NCBI RefSeq assembly: GCF_963921235.1
Contig: NW_026948140.1
Coordinates: forward strand, 372,001 to 436,000
DNA: 64,000 bases
From: Mobula hypostoma
Taxonomy: Eukaryota
Direction: 5' to 3'
The notes beneath the pieces were generated by a model, which saw nothing but the letters and a program-made list of their open reading frames with translations, made no database searches and was not told the DNA's origin. Shown here one piece after another: positions 1-12,700 of this stretch (position 1 is the stretch's first letter; the number at the start of each line of letters is the position of its first letter). A program made the translations under genes and the position numbers.

Positions 1-1761
1 CTGATTTTACCCAACAATCTCCTATGTGGTACCTTATCGAATGCCTTCTGAAAGTCAAGGTACACCACATCCACTGGATCTCCCGCGTCTATTTTCCTGG
101 TTACATCCTCGAAAAACTCCAATAGATTAGTCAAGCATGATTTGCCCTTGGTAAATCCATGCTGGCTCGGCCCAATCCTATCACTGCTATCAAGATATGC
201 CACTATTTCATCTTTAATAATGGACTCTAACATCTTCCCCACTACTGATGTTAGGCTAACAGGGCGATAGTTCTCTGTTTTCTCCCTCCCTCCTTTCTTA
301 AAAAGTGGGATAACATTAGCCATTCGCCAATCTTCAGGAACTGATTCTGAATCTAAGGAACATTAGAAAATGAATACCAATGCATCCGCAATTTCCAGAG
401 CCACCTCCTTTTGTACCCTAGGATGCAGACCATCTGGACCTGGGGATTTGTTAGCCTTCAGTCCCATCAGTCTACTCATCACCGTTTCCTTCCTAATGTC
501 AATCTGTTTCAGTTCCTCTGTTACCCTATGTCCTTGGCCCATCCATACATCTGGGAGATTGCTTGTGTCTTCCCTAGTGAAGACAGATCCAAAGTACTTA
601 CTAAATTCGTCTGCCATTTCTCCGTTTCCCATAACAATTTCTCCCAATTCATTCTTCAAGGGCCCAACATTGTTCTTAACTATCTTCCTTCTCTTCACAT
701 ACCTAAAAAAAACTTTTGCTATCCTCCTTTATATTCCTAGCTAGCTTGCGTTCATACCTCATTTTTTCTCCCCGTATTGCCTTTTTAGTTAAGTTCTGTT
801 GCTCCTTAAAAATTTCCCAATCATCCGTCTTCCCACTCACCTTAGCTCTGTTATACTTCTTCTTTTTTAGTGCTATGCTATCTCTGACTTCCTTTGTCAA
901 CCACTGTGGCCACTTTCCCCCCTTTGAATCCTTCCTTCTCCGGGGGATGAACTGATTTGGCACCTTGTGCATTATTCCCAAGAATACCTGCCATTGCTGT
1001 TCCACTGTCTTTTCTGCTAGGATATCCGACCAGTCAACTTTGGCCAGCTCCTCCCTCATTGCTCCATAGACTCCTTCGTTCAACTGCAATACTGACACTT
1101 CTGATCTGCCCTTATCCCTCTCAACTTGCAGATAAAAACTTATCATATTATGGTCACTACCTCCTAATGGCTCCTTTATTTCAAGATCACTTATCAAATC
1201 CTGTTCATTGCACAACACTAAATCCAGAATAGCCTTATCCCTGGTCGGCTCTCGTACAAGCTGCTCCAAAAATGCATCCCGTAGGCACTCTACAAACTCC
1301 CTATCCTGGGGTCCAGTACCAACCTGATTTTCCCAGTTCACCTGCATGTTGAAATCCCCCATAACTACTGCGACATTTCCTTTGCCACATGCCATTGTTA
1401 ACTCCCTATTCAACCTGCACCCAATATCCATGCTACTGTTTGGGGGCCTGTAGATAACACCTATTAGGGTCTTTTTGCCCTTACTGTTCCTCAGTTCTAT
1501 CCACACTGATTCTACTTCTCCTAATTCTATGTCCCCCCTTGCAAGGGACTGAATCTCATTCCTCACCAACAGGGCCACCCCACCCCCTCTGCCCACCTTT
1601 CCGTCCCTTCGATAGCACGTATACCCTTGTACATTCAATTCCCAGGTCTGATCCCCCTGCAGCCATGTCTCCATTATCCCAACAACATCATAGTTACCCA
1701 TTCGCGCCTGAGCTTTAAGCTCATCCGCCTTATTTCTGACACTTTGTGCATTCAGATACTT
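1..1761 (-). mobile_element. CR1 LINE, ORF2 fragment (APE endonuclease + N-part of RT), runs off the left edge
   Basis: ORFs 703..1881 and 363..698 carry APE motifs (YLNAQS, GIMETW, IYRPP, MGDFN, GSDHN) and the pre-[14 protein letters not shown] motif; frameshift near 703. Confidence 0.93.
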
Positions 1762-2130
1762 CGTGAATGGAGAGAGTTGGTAGACCGCCGGACGGGGTGG
1801 ACTTGGAGCGTGGGTCCGAAGGGCAGCGACGATCGGAGGAGGTCGATGGTGGATGATCGGCTTATCAGTGAGCTCCAACATTGCGCATGGACTGTTTCAT
1901 AAGATTGGGCCCTTTTTTTCCTTTTTTCATTTCTTTACTAACCATATAGTCAAAGTAAGAATTATAAAGCTTAATCATTTAATCGCATATTGTGTACTAT
2001 TTGTTATTTCGGGGTACTGATTTGTAACGGGGACACCGTGCAGCATCCACTCAAACGAGATTTCTTAAGTTTGGCCAGGCCGGGGGACAACACCCCCTAT
2101 ATTAAGCCGTTAGCTGAAGCGAGAGATACA
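1762..2130 (+). repeat. 3' part of an LTR, same family as 27388-28317
   Basis: Colinear with 27957-28317 and ends at the same point (…GAGAGATACA vs …GAGAGTTACA); left side cut by the CR1 at 1-1761. Confidence 0.75.
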
Positions 2131-5100
2131 GTCACTTAATCTATTCTTGTAAGACACGCTCTCCGATCCAGGCAACATCCTTATAAATCTCCTCTGCACT
2201 CGCTCTATAATATCCATGTCCATCCTGTACTGAGGTGACCAGAACTGAACATAGTACTCCAAGTGGGGCTAAGTAAGGACTTAAGTAGCTGTAACATTAC
2301 CTTACGGCTCTTGAACGCAATCCCATGGTTGTTAAAGACCATCACACCATATGCCTTCTTAACAACACTGTCAACCTGCACAGCAGCTTTGAATGTCATA
2401 TGGACATGGACCCTAAGATCTCTCTGATCCTCTGCACTGCCAAGAGCCTTGCCATTAATATTATATTTTGTCTTCAAATTTGACCTACTGAAATGAACCA
2501 CTTCACACTTATCTGGGTTGAACCCCATCTGCCACTTCTCAGCCCAGGACCGCATCCTATTGATATCCTGCTGTAACCTCTAACAACCCTCCAGACTATC
2601 CACAACACCCCCAACTTTTGTGTCATCAGCAAACTGACTAAAACACCCTTCTATTTCTTCACCTAGATTATTTTAAAAAATCACAAAGAGGAGGGGGTCA
2701 CAGAACATATCACTGCAGAACAGCACCAGTCACCAACTACCATGTAGAATATGAACCATCCAAAACCGCCCTTTGCCTTTTGTGGGCAAGCCAATTCTGT
2801 ATCCAGAAAGCGAGGTCCCCTTGGATCCCATTCCTCCTTACTTTCTAAATGAGCCTTGCATGGGGAACCCTATCAAATGCCTTACTGAAATCCATTTATA
2901 TTACATCCACTGCTCTACCTTCATCAATGTGTTTTGTTACATCCTTGAAGTACTCAATCAGGTTCGTAAGGCACAACCTGCCCTTGACAAAGCCTTGCTG
3001 ACTATCCCTTATTAGATTAAGTCTCTCCAAATGCTCATAAATCCTGCCTCTCAGAATCTTCTCTAACAACTTGAAGAGCGATTGTAGATAGGTCATATTC
3101 TGCATGGAGGCCGGTGACCAGTGGTGTGCCTCAGGGATCTGTTCTGGGACCCCTACTCTTTGTGATTTTTATAAATGACCTGGATGAGGAAGTGGAGGGA
3201 TGAGTTAGTAAATTTGCTGATGACACAAAGGTTGGGGGTGTTGTGGATAGTGTGGAGGGCTGTCAGAGGTTACAACAGGACATTGGTAGGATGCAAAGCT
3301 GGACTGAGAAGTGGCAGATGGAGTTCAACCCAGATAAGTGTGAGCTGGTTCATTTTGGTAGATCAAATATGATGGTGGAATATATATTAATGGTAAGACT
3401 CTTGGCAGTGTGGAGGATCAGAGGGATCTTGGGGTCCGAGTTCATAGGACACTCAAAGCAGCTGCGCAGGTTGACTCTGTGGTTAAGAAGGCATACGGTG
3501 TATTGGCCTTCATCAATCGTGGGATTGAGTTTAAGAGCCGAGAGGTAATGTTGCAGCTATATAGGATCCTGGTCAGATCCCACTTGGAGTACTGTGCTCA
3601 GTTCTGATAGCCTCATTGTAGGAAGGACATGAAAATCATAGAAAGGTTGCAGAGGAGATTTACAAGGATGTTGCCTGGATTGGGGAGCATGCCTTATGAG
3701 AATAGGTTGAGTGAACTTGGCCTTTTCTCCTTGGAGTGACGGAGAATGAGAGGTGACTTGATAGAGGTGTAAAAGATAATTAGAGGCATTGATCGTGTGG
3801 ATAGTCAGAGGCTTTTCCCCAGGGCTGAAATGGCTCGCACAAGAGGGCATAGTTTTAAGGCGCTTGGAAGTGGGTACAGAGGAGATGTCAGGGGTAAGTT
3901 TTTTACGCAGAGAGTGGTGAGTGTGTGGAATGAGCTGCCAGTGGCGGAGGTGGAGGCGGAAACGATAGGGTCTTTTAAGAGACTCCTGGATGGCTACATG
4001 GAGCTTAGAAAAATAGAGGGCTATGGGTAAAGCCTAGGTGGTTCTAAGGTAGGGACTTGTTTGGCACAGCTTTGTGGGCCGAAGGGCTTGTATTGTGCTG
4101 TATGTTTTCTGTTTCTATGTTTCTAATTTGCTCAACACAGAAGTAAGACTCACTGGACTATAATTTCCTGGGTTATCGCTACTCCCTTTCTTGAACAAGG
4201 GAACAACATTTGCAACCTTGCAAAACTCTGGTACTTCTCTCATCCATAATGATAAGGCAAAGATCATCACCAGAGGCTCAGAAATCTCCTCCCTCGCTTC
4301 CCTCAGTAGCCTGGGGCATATCTTGTCCAGACCCGGCGACTTAATCTAACTTAATGCTTTTCAGAAACTTCAGCACATTCTCTTTCTTAATGTCTACATG
4401 CTCAAATGTTTCAGTCCACTGTAAGTCGTCCCCACAATTGCAAAGGTCCTTTTTCTTGGTGAATACTGAAGCAAAGTATTCATTCAGTACCTCCGCTACC
4501 TGCTCCGGCTCCATGCACACGTTTCCACTATCGCTCCTGAATGGTCCTATTCTCACATGGCTCATCCTCTTGCTCTTCACATACTTGTAGAATGCCTTGG
4601 GGTTTTCCTTAATCCTGCTCACCAAAGCCTTCTCATGACCCATTATAGCTCTCCTAATTTCATTCTTAAGCTCCTTCCTGGCAACCTTGTAATTTTCCAG
4701 AGCTCTAACAGTACCTAGTCTCTTGAACTTTTCGTACTTTCTTCTTAATTAGATTTTCTACATCCTTTGTACCCCATGGTTCTTTTATCCTACCATCCTC
4801 AATAGAACATAGCTATGTAGAACACCATGTAAATATTCCCTGAACATTTGCCACAATTCTACCATATATTTCCCTGAGAACATCTGTTCCCAATTTATGC
4901 TCCCAAGTTTCTGCCTATTAGTATCATATGTTCACCTGCCCCATTAAATGATTTCCCAAATTGTCTGCTCTTATTCCTCTCCAGCGATATGGTAAAGAAA
5001 ACAGAGTTGTGATCACTACCTCCAAAATGCTCTCCGACTGAGAGATCTGACCCTTGATCAGGTTAATTTCCCGTTACCAGATCAAGTACAGCCTCTCCTC

Positions 5101-6385
5101 TAGTTGGTTTATCTACATATTGCATCAGGAAACCTTCCTGAAAACACCTAGCAAACTCCACCCCATACAAACCTCTTGCTGTAAGGAGGTGCCAGTCAAT
5201 ATTAGGAAAGTTAAAATCACCCATCACAACAACCTTATTATTATTGCACCATTCCATAATATGTCTCCCTATCTGCTCCTCGGTGTCTCTGTGACTATTG
5301 GGGGGTCTATAAAAACATCCATTAGAGTTATTGCCTGCTTCCTGTTTCTGATTTCCACCCACCCTGATTCAGTAGACAATCCCTCCACGACTTCCTCCTT
5401 TTCTGTAGCCGTGATACTATCCCTGATTAGCAGTGCCACTCCCCCACCTCTTTTGCCTTCCTCCCTGTCCTTCCTGAAACATCTAAAGCCCGGCACACCC
5501 AGCAGCCATTCCTGACCCTGAGACATCCAAGTCTCTGTAATGGCCACAGTGTCATAGTTCCGCGTATTGATTCACGCTCTAAATTCATCCGCCCTGCTTA
5601 TGATACTCCTTGCATTAAAATAGACACATCTCAAACCATCTGTCCGAGTGCATCTTTGCTCTATCATCTGCCTATCCTTCCTCACAAGCTGTCACTACTT
5701 GTGCAGCAACCGCCCCATCCTCTGGCCCGTCACTTCAGTTCCCTCCCCCCTGCAAATCTAGTTTAAATTCTCCCCAGTAGTATTAGCAAACCTCCCTCCC
5801 AGGATATCGGTTGCCCTCCAGTTCAGGTGCAACTCATCCCACTTGTATAGGTCACACCTTCCTCAGAAGAGGTTCCAATGATCCAAGAACTTGAAACCCT
5901 GCTCCCTGCACCATCTCCTCAGCCACTCATTCATCTGCTCTATCTTCCTGTTCTGACCTTCCATGGCTCGTGGCAGTGGGAGTAATCCGGAGATGACCAC
6001 TCTGGAGGTCCTGCTCTTCGGCCTCCTTTCCAACTCCCTGAACTTACTGCACAAGACCTCTAACCCTCTCCTGCCTACGTCATTGGTACCAATATGTACC
6101 CTTCCCTTCAAGAATATTTTGCAACTGCATGGAGACATCCTGGACCCTAATCCCTGGGCATCTCTTTTGCTGCCTCAGATTCTCCTATCTGTCTGCCTAA
6201 TATTGAGTTCCCTATGATTATTGCTCCTCCTGACTTTACTCTTCTCTTCTGAGGCTAAGAGCTGACCACAGTGCTATTGGTCTGGCTGCTGCCACCTTGC
6301 CCAGATGGGTCACCCCCCCCCGCAGCAGTATCCAAAAGGGTATACCTGTTGCTGAGAGAAATGGTCACATGGGGACCCCACACTG
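2131..6385 (-). mobile_element. Degenerate, long CR1 LINE (ORF1 SGNH-esterase part, APE, RT), interrupted by 3074-4124
   Basis: ORF 5863..6138 VHIGTNDVG…VVISGLLP…FLDHWNLF (CR1 ORF1 esterase); 5063..5547 APE; 2205..3105 RT pieces; colinear across the insertion. Confidence 0.88.
3074..4124 (+). mobile_element. 5'-truncated CR1 (RT C-terminus, 3' UTR, TTTCTATG tail)
   Basis: RT motifs GSVLGP and KFADDTK, 3' stem-loop and tail; flanked by AACTTG / AATTTG (degenerate TSD). Confidence 0.9.
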
Positions 6386-6471
6386 ACATGGCTAATAAAT
6401 CAGCCATGATGGAATGGTGGAGCAGACTCAATGAGATGAATAGTCTAATTCTGCTCTTATGATCTTATGGG
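6386..6471 (+). mobile_element. CR1 3' UTR/tail scrap
   Basis: CAGCCATGAT…GCAGACTC…CTGCTC…TCTTATGG resembles the CR1 3' ends at 14880-14956 and 57060-57130. Confidence 0.7.
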
Positions 6472-6479
6472 ATCAATTT

Positions 6480-6848
6480 CGAGAATAGAACCCCCAGGTC
6501 GAATCGGAAGTTTGGAAGTTGGGTGGATTGGCTGGAACCATGTCTGCAAATCTCAGTGAGTCTGCTGGGGGCTGGGGAAGCCTGGGTTCATGCTGGAGGC
6601 CTGTCCTTGGGTTAAAGGACAGTGTATGTAATGTGTGGGAGGGAGGAGGGAGATAACAGGGCTTGATTTTGCTGTTGTTGTTTGTTGCTTGTGTGCTGTG
6701 TTGCTCTTCCAAGCATTGTGCACGTGCTATGTTGGTACCAGAGTGAGTGGCGACACTTGTGGGCTGCCTCCAGCAAACTCTTGATTATGCTGGTTGTTAA
6801 CGTAATGACACATTTTTCCATATGTTTTGATAAATAAACTTGAATCTT
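6480..6848 (+). repeat. Unclassified non-coding interspersed repeat with LINE/SINE-like 3' end
   Basis: No coding similarity; ends in AATAAA followed by a short CTTGAATCT tail, as in LINE-mobilised elements. Confidence 0.35.
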
Positions 6849-6861
6849 AGTTACATCACTA

Positions 6862-7254
6862 TCTGCTATGAAGGCACCAATGCACGAGATTGTAAGAGGC
6901 TTCAAAGGATTGTAGTCTCAGCCAGCTCAATCAGGGCATCACCTTCCCACCACCAAGGACATCTCCCAAAGGCAGTGCCTCAAGAAGGCAATATCCATCA
7001 TTAAGGGCCCTCACTATCCAAACCATGCCCTCTTCTCATTACTACCATCAGAGAAGATGGACCGGGGCCTGAAGACCACACTCAACACTTTAAGAACAGC
7101 TTCTTCCCTTTCACCATCAGGTTTCTGAACGGTTCGTGAACTCATGAACACTACTTAATTATTTCTTTTTTGTACTATTTATTTTTTAGTTTTTATTATT
7201 ATTCCCATTTGTTATGCCTGCATCATACATCAAAGTTCATGACTCTGATTCTGA
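6862..7254 (+). mobile_element. Rex1/Babar LINE 3' end
   Basis: Frameshifted translation …IIKGPHYPNHALFSLLPS…NSFFP…IRFLNG parallels the Rex C-terminus at 23234-23463; TCTGAT-type tail. Confidence 0.8.
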
Positions 7255-9631
7255 GCTCTCGTGATTTGCACCTCCTTAGAGCAAAGGATTATGCAAAATT
7301 GGTTAGGTGTATCCAAGAAGGATTCCCAATACTGTACCTGAACAGTCCAATTGGAGGACAGTCCATTTTAAATCAATACTAGCTAGATGACAGGTTTCTC
7401 AGTAGGTAAGCATTTTGGAGATAGTGACCACAATTCCATGACCTTCAGCATAGTCATTGGCAAGGATAGGAGCAGATGGTATGGGAGAGTTAATTGGCTG
7501 AGAGTTAATTACAGTGGCATTATGAACAGGGAAACACAACAGTGGAAATGTGGAGATAGGTAAGTTCTTCCCAAGGGCAAGAAGAAAACATACGTAAGGT
7601 TTAGGAAACAAAAATCAGACAAGGCTCTTGAGAGTTATAAGGTAGCCAGAAAAAATATAGAACATAAAACAATATAGCATAGGAACAGCCCATTCAGCCT
7701 ACAATTTTGTGCTGAATTAGTTAAAAAGCAAAGCAAAAACACCCAAAGAGTAATCCCTCCTACCTACATCATTTTCATATCTCTCTATCTTCCTTACATC
7801 CATGGGCCTATCCAAACATCTCTTAAAAGCTTCTCATGTATCTGCCTCCACCACGGTAGCAGGCAGCGCATTCTAGTCATCCAGCACTCTTTGAGTAAAA
7901 AACCTACCTCTCACAGCCCCCTTGACCCTACCCTCTCTCGCCTTCTATGCATGCCCTCTGGTATTGGACATTTCTGCCCTAGTGAACAGTTACCCTTTAT
8001 CCAATTCTCCAGCAATTTTCCTACAACTGACATGAGACTCACTGGTCTATAGTTACCAGGGTTTCCCCTTGTTCCCTTCTTAAACAGGGGTACAACACTG
8101 ACCACTCGCCAGTACTCCAGACATCACTGTGGCTACCGAGGACTCAAAGATATGGATCAAGGGCCCAGCAATCTCGTCTCTTGCATCCTTCAATAACATA
8201 GCGTAAATTTCATCAGGCACTGGGGACTAATCTGCCTTAATACTCATTAGGAGGCTCAACACTTCCACTTCCTTGACCCCTAAATGTTCTAATGTATTTA
8301 TACACTCAACACTGATCTCTGAGTCCTCCATATCTTTTTTCCTTGGAAAATACTGGAGCAATGTACTCATTAACTACCACAATCACATTATTTGCATCCA
8401 ACCAAAAGTTCCCCATTGTCCTTAAGTAGTCCCACCCCCTCCCAAGTTATCCTATTGATCCTAATGTATGTATGCATTGTCTTGGGATTCACCTTCATCC
8501 TACTTGCCAATATGGAGACTTGGACGGTGTAGGGTCAGGAATGGCTACTTCAAATGCCAGGCTTTAGATGTTTCAGAAAGGACAGGGAGGGAGGCAAAGG
8601 AGGTGGGAGTGTGACGCTGTTGATCAGAGATAGTGTCACAGCTGCAGAAAAGGAGGAAGTCATGGAGAGGTTGCCTACAAAGTCTCTGTGGGTGGAAGTT
8701 AGGAACAGGAAGGGGTCAATAACTCTACTGGGTGTTTTTTATAGACCACCCAATATTAACAGGGACATCGAGGAGCAGATAGGGAGACAGTTTCTGGAAA
8801 GGAGTAATAATAACAGGGTCGTTGTGGTGGGAGATTTTTATTTCCCAAATTTGGCATCTCCCTAGAGTGAGGGGTTTAGATGGGGTGGAGTTTGTTAGGT
8901 GTGTTCAGGAAGGCTTCTTGACACAATATGTAGATAAGCCTACAAGAGGAGAGACTGTACTTGATCTGGTATTGGGAAATGAACCTAGTCAGGTGTCAGG
9001 TCTCTCAGTGGAAGAGCATTTTGGAGATAGTGATCACAATTCTATCTCCTTTACCATAGCATTGGAGTGGGATAGGAACAGACAAGTTAAGGAAACGTTT
9101 AATTAGAATAAGGGGAAATATGAGGCTATCAGCCAGGAACTTGGAAGCATAAATTAGAAACAGATGTTCTCAGGGAAACGTACTGAAGAAATGTGGCAAA
9201 TGTTCAGGGGATATTTGCGTGGGGTTCTGAGTAGGTACGTTCCAATGAGACATGGAAAGGACAGTAGGATACAAGATCCATAGTGTACAAGGGCTATTGT
9301 AAATCTAGTCAAGAAGAAAAGAAGAGCTTATGAAAGGTTCAAAAAACTAAGTAATGATAGAGATCTAGAAGATTATAAGGCTAGCAGGAAGGAACTTAAG
9401 CATGAAATTAGGAGAGCCAGAAGAAGCCATGAGAAGGCCTTGGAGAGCAGGATTAAGGACAACCCCATGGCATTCTACAAATATGTGAAGAGCAAGAGGA
9501 TAAGACATAGGAGAATAGGACCAATCAAGTGTGATAGTGGAAAAGTGTATATGGAACTGGAGGAGATAGCAGAGGTACTTAATGAATACTTTGCCTCAGT
9601 ATTCACTACGGAAAAGGATCTTGGCAATTGA

Positions 9632-9667
9632 GGTCCTGATGAAGGGTCTCGGCCCGAAACGTCAACT
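9632..9667 (+). ncRNA. Minimal type I hammerhead ribozyme motif (Penelope type)
   Basis: CTGATGA (9636-9642), stem II GGG…CCC, GAAAC (9656-9660), GTC triplet (9661-9663); stem I weak (GGTC/AACT; AGTC/GACT in other copies). Confidence 0.8.
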
Positions 9668-9734
9668 GTACCTCTTCCAAGAGATGCTGCCTGGCCTGCT
9701 GCGTTCACCAGGCAGCATCTCTAGGAAGAGGTAC

Positions 9735-9770
9735 AGTCGACATTTCGGGCCGAGACCCTTCATCAGGACC
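9735..9770 (-). ncRNA. Second, inverted hammerhead motif copy
   Basis: Minus strand reads GGTC-CTGATGA-AGGGTCTCGGCCC-GAAAT-GTC-GACT (one C>T in stem III). Confidence 0.7.
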
Positions 9771-12700
9771 TCAATTTGATGTGTGTTGCTTGAATTTCCA
9801 GCATCTACAGAATTCCTCATGCTGGCAATTGTAGGGATGACTTGTAGTGGACTAAAAAGCTTGAGCATGTAGATATTAAGGAAGAGGATGTGCTGGAGTA
9901 GCATCAAGTTGGATAAGTCACCGGGACCAGACGGATGTACCCCAGGCTACTGTGAGAAGCAAGGGAGGAGATTGCTGAGCCCCTGGCGATGATCTTTGCA
10001 TCATCAATGAGGACAAGAGAGGTTCCAGAGGATTGGAGAGTTGCAAATGTTGTTTCCTTATTCAAGAAAGGGAGTAAGATAGCCCAGGAAATTATAGACC
10101 AGTGAGTCTTACTTCAGTGGTTGGCACAGGTTGATGGAGAAGAACCTGAGAGGCAGTATTTATGAACATTTTGAGAGGCATAACATTTAGGAATAGTCAG
10201 CATGGCTTTGTCAAAGGCAGGTCATGTTTTATGAGCCTAATTGAATGTTTTGAGGTTGTGACTAAACGCATTGATAAAGGTAGGGACGTAGATGTAGTGT
10301 ATATGGATTTTAGCAAGGCATTTGATAAGGTACCCCATGCAAGGCTTATTGAGAAAGTAAGGAGGCATGGGATCCAAGCGGACCTTGCTTTGTGGATCCA
10401 GAACTGGCTTGCCCACAGAAGGCAAAGAGTGGTTGTAGACAGGTCATATTCTGCATGGAGGTCGGTCACCAGTGGTGTACCTCAAGGAACTGTTCTGGGA
10501 CCCCTACTCTTCGTGATTTTGAAAAATGACCTGGATGAGGAAGTGGAGGGATGGGTTGGTAAAATTGCTGAAGACACAAGGGTTGGGCGTGGTGTGGATA
10601 GTGTGGAGGGCTGTCAGAGGTTACAGCGGGACATTGATAGGATGCAAAACTGGGCTGAGAAGTGGCAGATGGAGTTCAACCCAGATAAGTGTGAGGTGGT
10701 TCATTTTGGTAGATCAAATATGATGGCAGAATATAGCATTAATGACAAGACTCTTGGCAGTGTGGAGGATCAGAATGATCTTAGTGTCTGAATCCATAGG
10801 ACACTCAAAGCTGCTACGCAGGTTGACTCCGTGGTTAAGAAAGCATACGGTGCATTGGCCTTCATCAATCGTGGGATTGAGTTTAAGAGCCGAGAGGCAA
10901 TGTTGCAGTTATATAGGACCCTGGTAAGACCCCACTTGGAGTACTGTGCTCATTTCTGGTCGCCTCACTACAGGAGGGAGATGGAAACCATAGAAAGAGT
11001 GCAGAGGAGATTTACAAGGATGTTGTCTGGATTGGGAAGCATGCGTTATGAGAATAGATTGAGTGAACTCGGCCTTTTTTCCTTGGAGCGACAGAGGATG
11101 AGAGGTGACCTGATAGAGATGTATAAGTAATGAGAGACATTGATCATGTGGATAGTCAGAGACTTTTTCCCAGGGCTGAAATGGCTAGCATGAGAGGGCG
11201 TAGTTTTAAGGTGCTTGGAAGTAAGTATAGAGGAGATGTCAGGGGTAAGTTTTTTACGCAGAGAGTGGTGAGTGCATGGAATGGGCTGCCGGTGGCAGTG
11301 GTGGAGGCAGAAACGATAGGGTCTTTTAAGAGACTCCTGGATGGCTACATGGAGCTTAGAAAAATAGAGGGCTAATGGGTAAGCCTAGGTAATTCTAAGG
11401 TAGGGACATGTTCAGCACAGCTTTGTGGGCCAAAGGGCCTGCATTGTGCTGTAGGTTTTCTATGTTTCTGTGTTTCTATGTTTTGCCAAGGACTTTTCAT
11501 GACCCCTCCAGACTTTCCTAATTCCCTTTAGTTCTTTCCTGGCTTCAGCCAAAGATAGAGCATATCATAGAGTAAAAATTAGTGGGAAATTAAAGAACTG
11601 GGAAGCTTTTAAAAACCACAGAAGGCAACTAAAAAGTCATTAAGAATGTAAAGATGGATACAAAAGTAATCCAGTCAATAATATTAAAGAGGATGCCAAC
11701 AGTTTCTTCAGATACATGAAATGTAAAAGAGAGCCAAGAGTGGATATTGGATCACTGGAAAATGATGCTGGAGAGGTAGTAATGGGGGATAACAAAATGT
11801 GGATGAACTGAATAAGTATTTTGTATCAGTCTTCACTGTGGAAGACACTAGCAGTATGGTGGACGTTCCAGGTGTCAGGGATCATAAAGTGTGTGAAGTT
11901 ACTATTACGAGAAAGAAGGTTCTTGGGAAACAGAATGGTCTGAAGGTAGGTAAATCACCTGGACCAGATGGTGTACACACCAGGGTTCTGAAAGAGGTGG
12001 CTGAAGAAATTGTGGAGGTATTAGTAATGATCTTTCAAAAATCATTGGGTTCAGGAATGGTTCCAGAAGACTGGAAAATTGCAAGTGTCACTCCACTCTT
12101 CAAGAAAGGAGAGAGGCAAAAGAAAGGAAATTATCTCAGTGGTTGCAAAGATGTGGGAGTTGATTGTTAAGTATGTGGTTTTGGGGTACTTGGAGGCACG
12201 TGATAAAATAGTCCATAGTCAGCATGGTTTCCTCGAGGGAAAATCCGGTCTGACAAATCTGTTGGAATTCTTTGCTCTTTGAAAAAATATCAAGCAGGAT
12301 AGACAAAGGGAAATAGGTGATGTTGTGTACTTGGATTTTCAGAAGGCTTTTGACAAGGTGCCACACATGAGGTTACTTAACAAGCTACGAGCCCATGGAA
12401 TTAGAGGAATGATTCTGCAAGGATAAAGCAGTGCTGATTGACAGGAGGCAAAGAATGGGAATAAAGGGAGGCTTTTCTGGTTGGCTGCTGGTAACTAGTG
12501 ATATTCCCCGGGGGGCGGGGGGGCAGTGGGAGAAGGTGGTCTGTATTGGATCTGATTCTTTTTATGTTATATGTCAATTATTTGGATGATGGAATTGATG
12601 GCTTTGTTGAAAAGTTTGCAGATGAGGCGAAGGTAAGTGGAGGGGCAGGTAGTTTTGAGGAAGTAGAGAGGTTACAGAAGGACTTAGATAGATTAGGAGA

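Larger units (their letters stand above)
9631..9822 (+). mobile_element. Penelope-like pseudo-LTR insertion with internal 69-bp inverted duplication
   Basis: Matches the 3' end of the GIY-YIG element at 40425-40556; 9-bp TSD TGGCAATTG at 9622-9630 and 9823-9831. Confidence 0.88.
8511..11482 (+). mobile_element. CR1 LINE, nearly whole ORF2 (frameshifted) plus tail
   Basis: APE (8554..9106), RT (10162..11375), TTTCTATG tail; 7-bp TSD TTGCCAA at 8504-8510 and 11483-11489. Confidence 0.95.
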
